The notes beneath the pieces were generated by a model. It searched no databases and had not been told where the DNA came from. It saw nothing but the letters and a program-made list of their open reading frames with translations. From the NCBI GenBank assembly GCA_963825865.1, contig CAWGVG010000028.1, positions 32,001-96,000 of the forward strand: a stretch of DNA of 64,000 nt, in the 5' to 3' direction. Below are positions 1-10,585 of this stretch, in pieces (within the stretch, counting starts at the first letter, position 1; each line of letters opens with the position of its first letter). Made by a program: the position numbers and the translations under genes. The DNA comes from an uncultured Nitrososphaeraceae archaeon. Lineage in GTDB: Archaea; Thermoproteota; Nitrososphaeria; Nitrososphaerales; Nitrososphaeraceae.

Positions 1-470
1 TTCGACAATCATTATTCTCACATCACCTTCCAAATGCATAAATTTGATGGTCACAATACGCTCTGCTACCTATCTGATCGATTGAATTCAATTTTGACTC
101 TTTCAACTTCAGTCTTTAATAATGTCAATTTGTTCATTTTCCTCGACTGGTTTAAATTTCAACTTTGTAATCCAGATACCTTTAACAGAAACCATTAGAA
201 TAATATCTGGTTCTTTCGAGTGATGTAGATTGAAAAGAAAGAATTTTTTGTAACGGCATTGATACTACTAACATAATACCCTGATATAATTTTGGATTTA
301 ACCTCATTTACTAGTAACGCAGCTCAATGCCAGACAACTCCATAATCAACTCAAAGGTATTTGTCACAAATATTAACCAAAACAATATCAAATCATAATA
401 GTGTTACAATAGAGGAACAAAACCGTAAGAAATTAAACCAAGTGCCATTTAATGACAGAAAGTAACCTAT

Positions 471-770
471 TTGGAGCCTTTAGACAGAGTTTTTTATATG
501 AGAGCAATTTTAGGATTGATTGCTGGTATAATCAGTGGATTTATAATAACACCAGGATCAGATCAATCTAGCAGCAGTAGGGACAATGACTTTTATTGCT
601 ATTATATTTTACATAATATCATATACACTTGCGAAGCGTATTGCAAAAGATACTCCGACAGACGAACAAAAAGAAAGTTAGTCACAAACGGCATATTTCC
701 ATTTATTTTCCTGTTAATGATGTTCATGATAGTCGTATATACTGGATTGTGGCAGAACATGGCAGGTTAA
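471..770 (+). CDS. Small membrane protein, EMC6/Rab5ip-like archaeal family (probably internally frameshifted)
   Basis: Hydrophobic N- and C-terminal helices (LDRVFYMRAILGLIAG; KLVTNGIFPFIFLLMMF). The middle segment reads as hydrophobic in another frame, suggesting compensating indels. Confidence 0.45.
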   Translation: MEPLDRVFYMRAILGLIAGIISGFIITPGSDQSSSSRDNDFYCYYILHNIIYTCEAYCKRYSDRRTKRKLVTNGIFPFIFLLMMFMIVVYTGLWQNMAG

Positions 771-804
771 AATAGCGGCTTTAGATAATTATAAATACAC
801 TACA

Positions 805-1391
805 TTGCTTTGGGATTACCATACTCCTGGTATTCCTGATGAGTTATTTGAAAGAGCTGAATAAGTTCCAATTACGAAGGAAGAATAAGAGCCCTGTAAT
901 AATTAGTAAATTACGATTAAAGAAGAATTCGTCTGCGATAGATATTGGATGCGGAAGTGGAAGCATCACAGTCGAGGTCTGTTTACAGACAAAAGGTCAG
1001 AGTATATGCTATTGATTATAATCAAAATGCAATCGAATTAACAAAAAGGAATCTTCAAAGATTTGGAGTGAAAGCAGAAATATTCTTATCCAAAGCGCAG
1101 GATATTTTGCCATTACTTCCACAAGTCGACGCAGTAATAATTGGCGGGACATGGGGAGACGCTGAGCGAGATAATACGGTTAGGCATAGATCGATTAAAG
1201 AAAGGTGGCAGAATAGTAATTGATACAATTCTAATTGAAACAATGTACAAGGCAATAACTACAATAAACGAAGCAAACTGAATGAAGTTGATATTACACA
1301 AGCAACAATTGCGAAAGCAAGAAAAGTAACGACAGGTACGATGATGACTTCAAGAAATCCGATAATGATGATTTCGGCTACAAAGCCTTGA
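805..1391 (+). CDS. cbiT: Cobalt-precorrin-6B C15-methyltransferase (frameshifted in this sequence)
   Basis: Manual translation across frames gives PGIPDELFER..VPITKEEIRA..SKLRL..AIDIGCGSGSITVE..VYAID and a C-terminal TGTMMTSRNPIMMISA. Confidence 0.85.
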
Positions 1392-1692
1392 CTACAATAA
1401 TTATACTATACAAAAAATGGACAAGGTCACTTGTCTATCTAAAAGATTTGCTTAATTAGTATGAATGAGGTCCTTGCAAAAGAATTTGTTGATGTGGTTG
1501 TCACATTGTCACATGGATCTTTTGCTATTATCATTAGAAGTCAGATAAATCCTTTGTGGGTTTGATATTGACAGGCGAGATCTGGACTCAAATGTGAAAG
1601 GATGCATGCACTTCATTCAGGCTATATAAGGGAATTAAGAAGGCTTTTGTATCTTTCAATTTAAATAACTCTCAATTTTAAAAACTATAAGA

Positions 1693-2415
1693 ATGAAACT
1701 TTTTTGCGTGGGATGTGGACCTGGCGATCCTGAATTTCTCACAATAAAGGCCGTAAATCTGATCAAAAATGCAGAGGTAATTTTCGCACCAACTGCAAGA
1801 GAAGGTAAACCTAGTATTGCTCTTTCAGTCGTAAAAAAATACTTGCATAAGTCAACCAAGACTATTAGATTTGATATTTCCAATGATAAAAGATACAGAA
1901 TCTTTAAAAAATTACTGGAAAACAAATGCGAACGAAATCGCCAATGCAGTAAATCAGGTAAAAGAGTAATCTATTTGACAATAGGCGATCCGTGCAATAT
2001 ATAGCACGTGGATATATGTTCACAGAGAGCTAAAAAAGAATCATAATGATATTGAAATAGATATAGTGCCTGGTGTTGCATCGTATATTTGCATTTGCTG
2101 CACAGGCAAAAATGAGTCTTGCAGAAGGAGACGAAACTCTAGCGATAGTTCCTGCTTGCTATAATTTGGATAGAGTCAAAAAAATTCAAATGTTGTGATA
2201 CAATTGTCTTTCTCAAGGATGGCAGATACTTCGATAGCATAATCAAAGCCTTGCTGACGTAGGCTTTGCAGACAGATTCGATGATTGCGATTGCCCAAGA
2301 CGTCAGCAGTGAAGGAGAAATAATGAAAATGAGCAAACTAAGCGATTTGCGTGGAAGTAAAAGGCCCAACAGAGAAATATTTCTCCATAATGGTAGCAAA
2401 GAAAAATTGGTTGAA
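1693..2415 (+). CDS. cbiL: Precorrin-2 C20-methyltransferase (frameshifted; end approximate)
   Basis: VGCGPGDPEFLTIKAV, YLTIGDP, IVPGV, TIVFLKDG and YFSIMVA motifs; lies between cbiT and cbiF. Confidence 0.8.
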
Positions 2416-3189
2416 GATAACACAGTTTATTTTGTAGGCTCTGGTCCTGGCGACCCTGAACTCATCACGATTAAAGCCAAAAGGATTTGTAGAAAAAGCA
2501 GACGTTATAATTTATTCCGGCTCGCTACTAAATCCAAAAATATTACAACATGCAAAAAAAGAAGTGGCCAGTTTTATGATGCTGCTGTCTTAGACAGGGA
2601 AAAATTTATCGATATTTTAAGAGACTCAACAAAATAAGGCAAAGTCGCCATTCGATTCCATGATGGAGATCCTGGACTTTTTAGCACTATTAGAGAGCAA
2701 ATTGACAAACTTGAAAAGGATGGATTACAATGTAAAGTAGTTCCAGGAATAACTGCAATACTTGGAGCGGCTTCTGCCATGAACTTGGAATTAACTCTTC
2801 CTGGTAATACTCAAACGCTAATTATAACACGAGCAGAGTTTAGGACTCCAGTACCAGAGAGAGAAAAAATTTCCGAACTTGCAAAGCATGGTGCCACAAT
2901 GGCTTTCTATCTAAGTGTTCATTTGATAGCAGATGTTGTAGAGGAACTTTTGAAAGGCGAAGTTTATACTAAAGAAACACCTACGGCAATTGTTTATAGA
3001 GCAACTTGGGAAGATCAAAAGATAATCAGAGGAACACTCGGTGATATTGTAAAGAAAACTAAAGAATCCAAGATAATTAAAACTGCCCTGATAATTGTCG
3101 GAGATACAATAGCGCCAAAAAAGTATGAATTTTCAAAAGTTTATGATGCTGGATTTACGCATGGATACAGAAGAGCAAAAATAAAGTAG
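2407..3189 (+). CDS. cbiF: Precorrin-4 C11-methyltransferase (frameshifted)
   Basis: VYFVGSGPGDPELITIKA, RFHDGDP, ELTLPGNTQTLIITR, YRATWEDQ and the C-terminal SKVYDAGFTHGYR. Confidence 0.88.
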
Positions 3190-3449
3190 AGCCATGGAAT
3201 TATTATCACTTATGTTTCAACCATGCCATTAGTATTTGTTTTCAGAATTAAACTGACGCTAAGGTATAAATTGATACCTGTTGAGCGAATTCGTTCAAAT
3301 GTCCGCATGAGTTGATGCGTAGATCTATATAAATAAGATCAACCTTCTTTTTTGGGCTTATGCGAGTCCAAATTTGCAAACTCCGTTAAAAACTTCCTCA
3401 ATTAAGTCAATTAGAATAGAATTTGGAATAATTAAAAAAATAATAAAAT

Positions 3450-3713
3450 TTACGCTGGACATCCTTCCATTTTCTGTATATAATAACCCTTTGTTGTGAT
3501 ATCTTTTTCAACCATAGGTGGCGCTTCTTGAATATGACAAAACTGGCACTCTTCCTGAGTCATTTTTTGCGTCTCTTGACCTGCACTTGCAAGGTACTCT
3601 TTGCCATACTGAATTGCCTTTTCATGTGGCGTAGTTGCTTCTACAATCACATCGAAATGCATAACCTTGCCATCTTTCTTCGCTACATAGGTATCATAAA
3701 CTGCACATTCCAT
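3450..3713 (-). CDS. DUF2024 family protein
   Basis: AVYDTYVAKKDGKVMHFDVIV and ECQFCH motifs; likely ATG at 3713. Confidence 0.8.
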   Translation of the reverse strand: MECAVYDTYVAKKDGKVMHFDVIVEATTPHEKAIQYGKEYLASAGQETQKMTQEECQFCHIQEAPPMVEKDITTKGYYIQKMEGCPA

Positions 3714-3786
3714 ATCAATAATTTCTACCCTTGCTATATTTATTCTATGTCTTATGTTCTTTGAACAATACAAATTACATGAATTT

Positions 3787-4062
3787 TTAGGCAGTTATAA
3801 CGCGCACTTCGCTAGGAATTATAATAACTCTTTCTTCCCCTAAGCGAAAGATGGAATAATTATTATTTGTAGCTGAGCAATACAAGTCGGCCATCAATCT
3901 GTATCCAGTGTCTGGGTCCTTTTCCATCAGTGGCGTAATTCTTGCTATCAGGATCACTTGTTTTTCTCCCAAAATATAGTTTTTTAATTCTGATAATTGT
4001 GAATAATCATGAATAGAAATAGTTTTTAAACACAATTGACTTACAAGTGACTGTTCTTCCAC
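3787..4062 (-). CDS. SepF/DUF552-like protein
   Basis: ILIARITPL...IFRLGEERVIIIPSEVRV resembles the archaeal SepF core. Confidence 0.6.
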   Translation of the reverse strand: MEEQSLVSQLCLKTISIHDYSQLSELKNYILGEKQVILIARITPLMEKDPDTGYRLMADLYCSATNNNYSIFRLGEERVIIIPSEVRVITA

Positions 4063-4622
4063 AGTTCTACAATTATCGATCTTATAGTAAAAGTTAACAA
4101 ATTACAGAATTAGACAAAAAAGTAAAATTGATCTAATTTATATAAGATCATTATTTGTCATAGATTGTAAATGCTGCATATATATGTCATGTATATAGAA
4201 GAATGAGAAAGATGGGTTTCCATTACAAGACATAGAATATTCTAAATCATCAGACTACCCAAAACTAGCAGTTATTAGAGTCAACAAAATTAGGTGATGG
4301 GATAAACAGTCAATTCTTATTATCTAAAACTTTGTTTTGACTTTATATTTTCATTTTTTTCTAGCTGTTTTATCTTTGTCTTTGCTGTGGTAGTGTTGCT
4401 GACACAAGCAAATCACCTTATTAGAATATTTGATCTCGATAAAAAAGATCAAAATAAGCAATTTAGTAGTAAAACAAAGCAGTCGAATAGGTCTGCGAAA
4501 AGAATACTTGGTATATCTTTCATACACCCAATAACACGTATTTCTAATTATTACTTTTATAATATACACATAGGATAAATCATAAATCCTTATATTCACA
4601 CTCATGTGATTTTTATGCGTTA

Positions 4623-5774
4623 ATGCAACTTTCTAGGGACGAAGAGAGTGCGCTCAAAGGAGAATATGGCGAAACTATTGCATCTGCATATAGAATTTTA
4701 CTTGCAATAGGCGAAGCTACCGAAGCAAAAAAACTAGTTCCTATAAAATGGGCCCATGTATCAGGCATAAATTACAATACTATTGGTAATGCAGGTGTTG
4801 AATTTCTTGAAAAGTTCAGCAGCGGTGCCAAGGTTTCAGTAAAAACTACAATAAATCCAATGGGTTTTGACAGAAATAAGCCCAATAAGTTGTCTGAAAA
4901 TTTTGTCAGACAACAGATGAGGATAGTAAAATCATACGAGATAATGGGTACAACTCCTTCATTTACGTGCATTCCATATGAGATATTTGATATTCCAAAA
5001 AAAGGGAGTGCCGTAAGTTTTGCAGAGAGTAATGCCGCAGTTTTTTCAAATTCAGTGTTGGGTTTATTAACAAACAAAGAAAGTGCACTCAGTGCGTTGG
5101 CTAGTGCAGTGACTGGAAAAGCACCATGTTCTGATCTTCGAGTAGAAGAATTCAGACATCCTAAAGTGGCAGTTAAGCCAGAATTCGAACTTGTATCAGA
5201 ATTGGATTATGGATTTCTTGGTTATTTTGCAGGAAAAGTAGTAAAGGACAACTGCGTTGCATTTGATGGTATTAAAGAAAAACCAGACATGATAAAGGTA
5301 AAATCTCTTTCAGCAGCCATTGGCACAACGGGGTTCTGTGGAATGTTTACATTGGAAGAATCTAATGAAGTAATTTCATTTGGCAAGGAAGAATTTAATG
5401 CAATTAAAGATGAGGTGAACACTGCTGATGATGGAAATTTCATTATCCTTGGGAGTCCTCAGCTTGGAATACGTGAGTTAAATTTACTTGCAGATTTACT
5501 TGAAGGTAAAAAGTTTTCAAAACATTGTATGATTTTCTGCGCGAGAGCAATTTATAACAGGGCTACACAGATTGGTTTGACTGATAAGATTGAAAGAGCA
5601 GGCTGCGAATTCATGTGTGATTCTTGCACTTGTCTTACTCCATTAGTTACTAGAAATGATGTTGATTCAGTAATTACAAATAGTATTAAGGGTGCTTACT
5701 ATCTTAATCATTCTAACAAAATAGGAGTCGCTCTCAGAGATTTCAAGACAATTGTGAAGGAGTATACGAATTAG
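4623..5774 (+). CDS. Aconitase X catalytic subunit (DUF521), putative phosphomevalonate dehydratase large subunit
   Basis: AHVSG, TTINP, FTCIPY, AESNA..FSNSVLG, GSPQL, DSCTCLTP and TNSIKGAYY motifs. Confidence 0.88.
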   Translation: MQLSRDEESALKGEYGETIASAYRILLAIGEATEAKKLVPIKWAHVSGINYNTIGNAGVEFLEKFSSGAKVSVKTTINPMGFDRNKPNKLSENFVRQQMRIVKSYEIMGTTPSFTCIPYEIFDIPKKGSAVSFAESNAAVFSNSVLGLLTNKESALSALASAVTGKAPCSDLRVEEFRHPKVAVKPEFELVSELDYGFLGYFAGKVVKDNCVAFDGIKEKPDMIKVKSLSAAIGTTGFCGMFTLEESNEVISFGKEEFNAIKDEVNTADDGNFIILGSPQLGIRELNLLADLLEGKKFSKHCMIFCARAIYNRATQIGLTDKIERAGCEFMCDSCTCLTPLVTRNDVDSVITNSIKGAYYLNHSNKIGVALRDFKTIVKEYTN

Positions 5775-6176
5775 TTGAGTTTGCAGATTAATTGTCGGAA
5801 AATCGTAGGAGGAAATGGTAAAGGGAAAGCACTTGTTACAAAACAGCCAATTAACTTTCTTGCAATGGTAGATACAAAACAAGGTGCTATCAACTATCGA
5901 AACCACGAATTGTTTGGCAAAGATATGAAAGATAGTGTTTTGGTCTTTCCAAACGCTGTAGGAAGCAGTGTCGGCGCATATACTATATACTCCTTGAAAT
6001 CAAATGGAGTAGCGCCTATAGCAATAGTATGCATTAACAAGGCGGACATAATAACAGCCTCTGGTTGTGCGATTTCAAACATTCCCTTTGTAGATATGTT
6101 AGATATATCAATATCTTCCTTAAAATCAGGATCGGAAATCAGCGTTGATGCAGATAATCAAATAATAATAATATAA
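5775..6176 (+). CDS. Aconitase X swiveling-domain subunit (DUF126), putative phosphomevalonate dehydratase small subunit
   Basis: GKALVTKQPINFL, VLVFPNAVGSSVG and APIAIV; abuts the large-subunit gene. Confidence 0.88.
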   Translation: MSLQINCRKIVGGNGKGKALVTKQPINFLAMVDTKQGAINYRNHELFGKDMKDSVLVFPNAVGSSVGAYTIYSLKSNGVAPIAIVCINKADIITASGCAISNIPFVDMLDISISSLKSGSEISVDADNQIIII

Positions 6177-6210
6177 ACAGTTTAATTTTGGAATATCAAG
6201 AATATTTTTA

Positions 6211-6287
6211 TCTCGGTGCACGGCATTTGATGGGCGAACCGACCGCCTCTTAGTAGCGGAATGACGATCAAAGTCCATGCACCGAGA
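6211..6287 (+). ncRNA. Candidate kink-turn / box C/D-like small RNA
   Basis: GC-rich island with a 10-bp terminal stem (TCTCGGTGCA/TGCACCGAGA), an inner stem (TTTGAT/ATCAAA) and an apical CCGC/GCGG stem flanked by CCGA and ATGACGA; followed by a T5 tract. Strand is inferred. Confidence 0.55.
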
Positions 6288-6495
6288 AACTTTTTGGTAA
6301 CAGAAAGATTTTCTATAATTGATGTAGTATTTATAAAGAAATTCTGATAACTTTAGAACTACAATATGGCATATTTACACTTTTTCTATTGCGATGTATT
6401 ATGTGTGGGCTCCTAGTTCATAAGTTAGATCGATACTCAAAGTTGGTTAGCATAGTGAAAGGGTTTAATATCCTAATAATCGCATTGGTAATGAT

Positions 6496-6939
6496 TTGGA
6501 ACAAAAAGCATCTTCTGTTGAAGATATTATTAATGCATTAGCTGAACTTGAAAAAGATATGGATAATCTTAATTCTAAGGTGGAGGAAATGAGAAAACGT
6601 ATTATCGTTTATTCTGACGATGAAGTTGAAAAGTTGAAACAACAGATAATTACAATTGCTAACGAGGAGGCAAAAAAAATCGTCGATAGGGCAAAGACAG
6701 AAGCCGAAATTGAATCATCTATGATTGTTAAAGAAGCGGATAGACGCCTTGGAGATATTAAAAAAAATATAGATTCCGCGTCTTACAAGGCAGTAGACAG
6801 CATTGTCAGAATAATTCTGGGTGACACTATTACTTCTAATATACAACAAACGGTGCATGATGATGTTTCAAAAGATACTGAAGGGACTCTAAAGAAAATA
6901 AAGAAATATACTTCAGAAGGAAAGTCGGTAGAAGGTTAA
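6496..6939 (+). CDS. Coiled-coil protein resembling A/V-ATPase peripheral stalk subunit H/G
   Basis: Heptad-rich helix with EEAKKIVDRAKTEAEIE and AVDSIVRIILG; not in an ATPase operon here. Confidence 0.45.
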   Translation: MEQKASSVEDIINALAELEKDMDNLNSKVEEMRKRIIVYSDDEVEKLKQQIITIANEEAKKIVDRAKTEAEIESSMIVKEADRRLGDIKKNIDSASYKAVDSIVRIILGDTITSNIQQTVHDDVSKDTEGTLKKIKKYTSEGKSVEG

Positions 6940-7341
6940 ATCTTAAGTAAAAATTGTGCAAAGCAGGTCTGTTATGTGTTTGTTGAAAAGGAAAAGTATT
7001 ATTTAAAATATTTTTGGTAGTATGCTAGATTGCAGAGCCTGTCAATACACCTAAAAGATCGTCTAGCATTCGATGTATTATAACAGGTCGGTTCGAAGAA
7101 ACATTTCATTCCAGTACTACTAATTGAATAAAGTAACTTCATTTAATTTTAATACCATATAAATCTCTGTTGTTTGAGATGATTTAGTTTGTTGAAACGT
7201 TAAACGAAAAGTTGCACGCGATAGGAGTTATCAGTTCTTTAACATTTTGCTGATATGTATGTTCTAAAACTCGATAACTTTTTAGATTGTATCTAAGCAG
7301 TAATTGATCCACAAGGTTTAATAACAATTTTTGCTCAAACC

Positions 7342-8031
7342 TTGATTGATGAAACGCCCCTGATTAGGGAGCTTTTCCAGCATAGAGTCACTGTAGCTAC
7401 TGTTTATGGTCGTCCATATTATAAAATCATAAATGCACTAAAGTTGATGGATCTACGATTTGAGTCATTATCTCCAGAACAGGCAGCATCATCTAATGCC
7501 AAAATCATTATCACTACAAAGGATGAGGCAGAAATTGTCAGAAGAAAAGATGTTCTGCTAGATACTGAACTAGATAGGTATCCTGTCCTTATAAAAGCAA
7601 AAATTTTGCGTAATATTATGGGATCTTACCATGATGATCAACTTACAATAGGAATTGACCCCGGTACCAGAATAGGTATATCAATTATTTATCTTCATAA
7701 TGAGATCGATAGTTTCGTAGAATCTTCGCTTGACTCTACTATACAACTGGTATCTGTTTTGTTATCTGGAATAAGATCAAAAAAGAAGATTGTAAGAATT
7801 GGTGATGGCGATATTGCTATGGCAAAACAGATTGCAAGTATGACAAAAGCAAGGTTCAAGGATTTGGTTGATATTGAGATTGTAAATGAACATGGGACGT
7901 CTTTACCACAAAATACAGATACAAATAGGCGTGGAGCCAGAGATAGATCGTCAGCGAGAACCATTGCTCTTAGAAAGGGAAGAGCCTTCAATTCATCTTC
8001 TTTCGATAATGTTGATAGTCGCTATTATTAA
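7342..8031 (+). CDS. RNase H-fold (YqgF/RuvC-like) domain protein
   Basis: IGIDPG, VRIGDG, VNEHGTS and DRSSARTIA motifs. Confidence 0.6.
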   Translation: MIDETPLIRELFQHRVTVATVYGRPYYKIINALKLMDLRFESLSPEQAASSNAKIIITTKDEAEIVRRKDVLLDTELDRYPVLIKAKILRNIMGSYHDDQLTIGIDPGTRIGISIIYLHNEIDSFVESSLDSTIQLVSVLLSGIRSKKKIVRIGDGDIAMAKQIASMTKARFKDLVDIEIVNEHGTSLPQNTDTNRRGARDRSSARTIALRKGRAFNSSSFDNVDSRYY

Positions 8032-8237
8032 TTCTTGGGTCCTATCTTTTTACTGTAAGAGCGGTTAAGATGCGTATCTTATTGCCATGGTCAATGAAAC
8101 TTTTCGAGATTCTTTTGTTAGATATAATATGAATTTTAGTAAATTCATCATTTTATTAATAAAATATTTGTATAAATTTAAATAGTAATTATGATATAAT
8201 TAAACCAGGTAGCAGATTTTACGAAGGAAGGAAGTAA

Positions 8238-8483
8238 ATGACTTGTAAAGGTATATGTATACGTCACAAGGCACAAAAGCCAGTCGGTTCTGGACGCTAT
8301 GCTAGTGGACAGAAACGCTGCCAAATATGCGAGATATTCATAAAGTGGGATGGATTATGGTGCCCATGCTGTGGATATAGATTAAGAACAAAACCGCGCA
8401 ACTTAAAATATAAGGCTAAATTACGGGCAAGAAAGAAGAGACAAGAGTCTCGCGTTGCGAAGACTATTTCTGTTCGTATATAG
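8238..8483 (+). CDS. Small basic Cys-rich (zinc-binding) protein
   Basis: CKGIC, CQIC and CPCC motifs with a K/R-rich tail; purine-rich leader. Confidence 0.7.
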   Translation: MTCKGICIRHKAQKPVGSGRYASGQKRCQICEIFIKWDGLWCPCCGYRLRTKPRNLKYKAKLRARKKRQESRVAKTISVRI

Positions 8484-8498
8484 TGCTTATACATAGCA

Positions 8499-8894
8499 AT
8501 GCAAAATGAAGGATTCAAAGGGTTAGTTGTACGAACTGTAAGGTCGCCAAGTAGAAGAATTTTTATCATAAAATTTTTGTCCTTTCAAAATGGATGTTTT
8601 ATTGCACTAGCTGAAGGTTCTCATAAAATTGGTTCAATTTCTGTTTCCATAAGTTCTTCAAACAAAGTCAATACAGCCAAAGTGATTCCAAGCAAGTTCG
8701 ATTCTATGTTTGTTAACACTATCTCAGAAAGGGTATCTTCTATGATAAATGGTATTTGCCTAGTTTCTTTCCATAGCATAAAACAGTTGCAACTTGATGA
8801 TATGAAAGCAATTATGGGAGACATTATGAACCTAATAGAGGAGGAATATGATCAACATGGCAACGAAAAGGACCACAAAGCAGAATTCGAATAA
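8499..8894 (+). CDS. Hypothetical protein, possibly proteasome assembly chaperone 4-like
   Basis: Intact 131-aa ORF in an operon; FQNGCFI..E..KIGSISVS pattern. Confidence 0.45.
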   Translation: MQNEGFKGLVVRTVRSPSRRIFIIKFLSFQNGCFIALAEGSHKIGSISVSISSSNKVNTAKVIPSKFDSMFVNTISERVSSMINGICLVSFHSIKQLQLDDMKAIMGDIMNLIEEEYDQHGNEKDHKAEFE

Positions 8895-10239
8895 TAATAA
8901 TGATTTCCGGAGTTTCCTCCGTCTGTTAAGAAAAGAGAACGACCTTATAAGAATAAAGAAAGCTGTCAGCCCTGAATTTGAACTAGGAGCCGTTGTAAGC
9001 AAGCTTGACAGAAAGGAGGCCATATTATTTGAAAATGTCGAAGATAGTGAAATCAAAGTAGCATGTAACATTTTGGGGACCCGAAAAAGATTTTCTCTTG
9101 CAGTTGGTGCAAAGGAAGAGAATTTAATTCACTTGCGTGTTATGCAAGCCCTTTCAGATAAATTTGTACCAGAAAAATTCTCAGGCGACGCCCCATTTTA
9201 TGAAAATTCCTCAAAAGATTTAACTGATCTACCTGTTGTTACTCATTTCGAGAAAGATGCAGGTCCATATATTACATCCTCAATAGTTTTTGCAAAGGAC
9301 AATGAAAGAGGAAATCAAAATTCCTCCACACATCGGCTATTGCAGTTGGATGATAAGCACATGGCAATTAGAATGGTAGAGGGTAGACATCTTCACAAAT
9401 GCTACTCATTTGCAAAAGAGCACGGAGAAGATCTGAAGATTGCAATTGCAGTTGGTGTCCATCCGGCAATTAGCATAGCAACGGCATACCAGGCTGCATA
9501 TGGAGCTGATGAAATGTTAATTGCAAATTCATTACTTGATGGTGATCTTACACTTAACAAGAGCAAATATTCTCAATTGTATATTCCCACTCTTTCCGAG
9601 ATAGTTCTTGAGGGCAGAATTCTAAAAGATAGAACCGAAGAAGAATGGATGGTCGAGATGCTCCGAACTTATGATTTTAAGCGTAAACAACCTGTATTTG
9701 AATTAGATAGAATAAGATTTAGAAATAATGCAATTTTTCATGATATTTTGCCTGGTTTTGCAGAACATCGATTGTTAATGGGGTTGCCTGTTGAAGCAAA
9801 GATGTTTGAAGCAATCAAAAATACTGTTCCGGCTACAAAGGCAGTACATTTAACAGACGGCGGTAGTAATTGGTTAGATGCAATAATTCAAATTCATAAG
9901 CGTCTAGAAGGTGAACCGAAAAACGCTTTGATAGCAGCATTTGCATCTCATCCTTCACTTAAAATAGCGATCGTAGTTGATGACGATATAGATCTAATGG
10001 ATCCTGTTGCTGTAGAATATGCAATATCTACCAGATGTCAGGCAGATAGTGGATTCATGGTGGTTACCAATGTTAAAGGATCGAGCCTTGATCCATCAAG
10101 TGATCAACAGAATTTGCTTACAACAAAGGTAGGCATTGACGCAACAGCATCTCTTCTTAAATCCAAAGAGAGGTTCGAAATTGCAAAAATCCCTGGCGAA
10201 GAAAAAATTAAACTTTCAGATTATCTCTCTAATCAATAG
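8848..10239 (+). CDS. UbiD-family prFMN decarboxylase, putative anhydromevalonate phosphate decarboxylase
   Basis: HFEKDAGPYIT, SEIVLEG, IVVDDDID, SSLDPS and TKVGIDAT motifs. Confidence 0.88.
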   Translation: MINMATKRTTKQNSNNNNDFRSFLRLLRKENDLIRIKKAVSPEFELGAVVSKLDRKEAILFENVEDSEIKVACNILGTRKRFSLAVGAKEENLIHLRVMQALSDKFVPEKFSGDAPFYENSSKDLTDLPVVTHFEKDAGPYITSSIVFAKDNERGNQNSSTHRLLQLDDKHMAIRMVEGRHLHKCYSFAKEHGEDLKIAIAVGVHPAISIATAYQAAYGADEMLIANSLLDGDLTLNKSKYSQLYIPTLSEIVLEGRILKDRTEEEWMVEMLRTYDFKRKQPVFELDRIRFRNNAIFHDILPGFAEHRLLMGLPVEAKMFEAIKNTVPATKAVHLTDGGSNWLDAIIQIHKRLEGEPKNALIAAFASHPSLKIAIVVDDDIDLMDPVAVEYAISTRCQADSGFMVVTNVKGSSLDPSSDQQNLLTTKVGIDATASLLKSKERFEIAKIPGEEKIKLSDYLSNQ

Positions 10240-10585
10240 TAGTGAAGTCTCTATAAACCTTAAAGGTTGTTTACTATCAACTTCAGCATTGTTATGATAT
10301 CTATATATGTATATGTAATTTGCTCAACTATTCTTTTTAGTTTCAAATCTCACATCAAAAATTGCAACAATACAATGTGCATATGTTATTGCAATCGAAT
10401 CATAGAAACTAAATCAGTTTATATTTCTTGAAACATTTGAAGAGCATCTCATTTCAGTTAAAAATACATTATCATGGATCTATAGATAGTTCTTTGATAC
10501 TTAACGGGTTAAAAGATGATAATACATGTATTCATCTAGCAAAGATTCTAATGACAGAATCGTCAACCGAAGTCCTAACAGAACC

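Noticed and set aside
1-280. Possible minus-strand gene start at the window edge
   Set aside because: Frames are too broken to recognise a product.
4351-4605. Short ORFs on both strands, representative of the many antisense ORFs in the track
   Set aside because: No motifs; most such ORFs lie opposite well-supported genes or in AT-rich spacers.
6211-6287. Known riboswitch, HDV/hammerhead ribozyme, H/ACA RNA or simple terminator
   Set aside because: Catalytic or aptamer cores are not found, there is no correctly placed ACA with a matching pocket, and the structure is too elaborate for an archaeal terminator.
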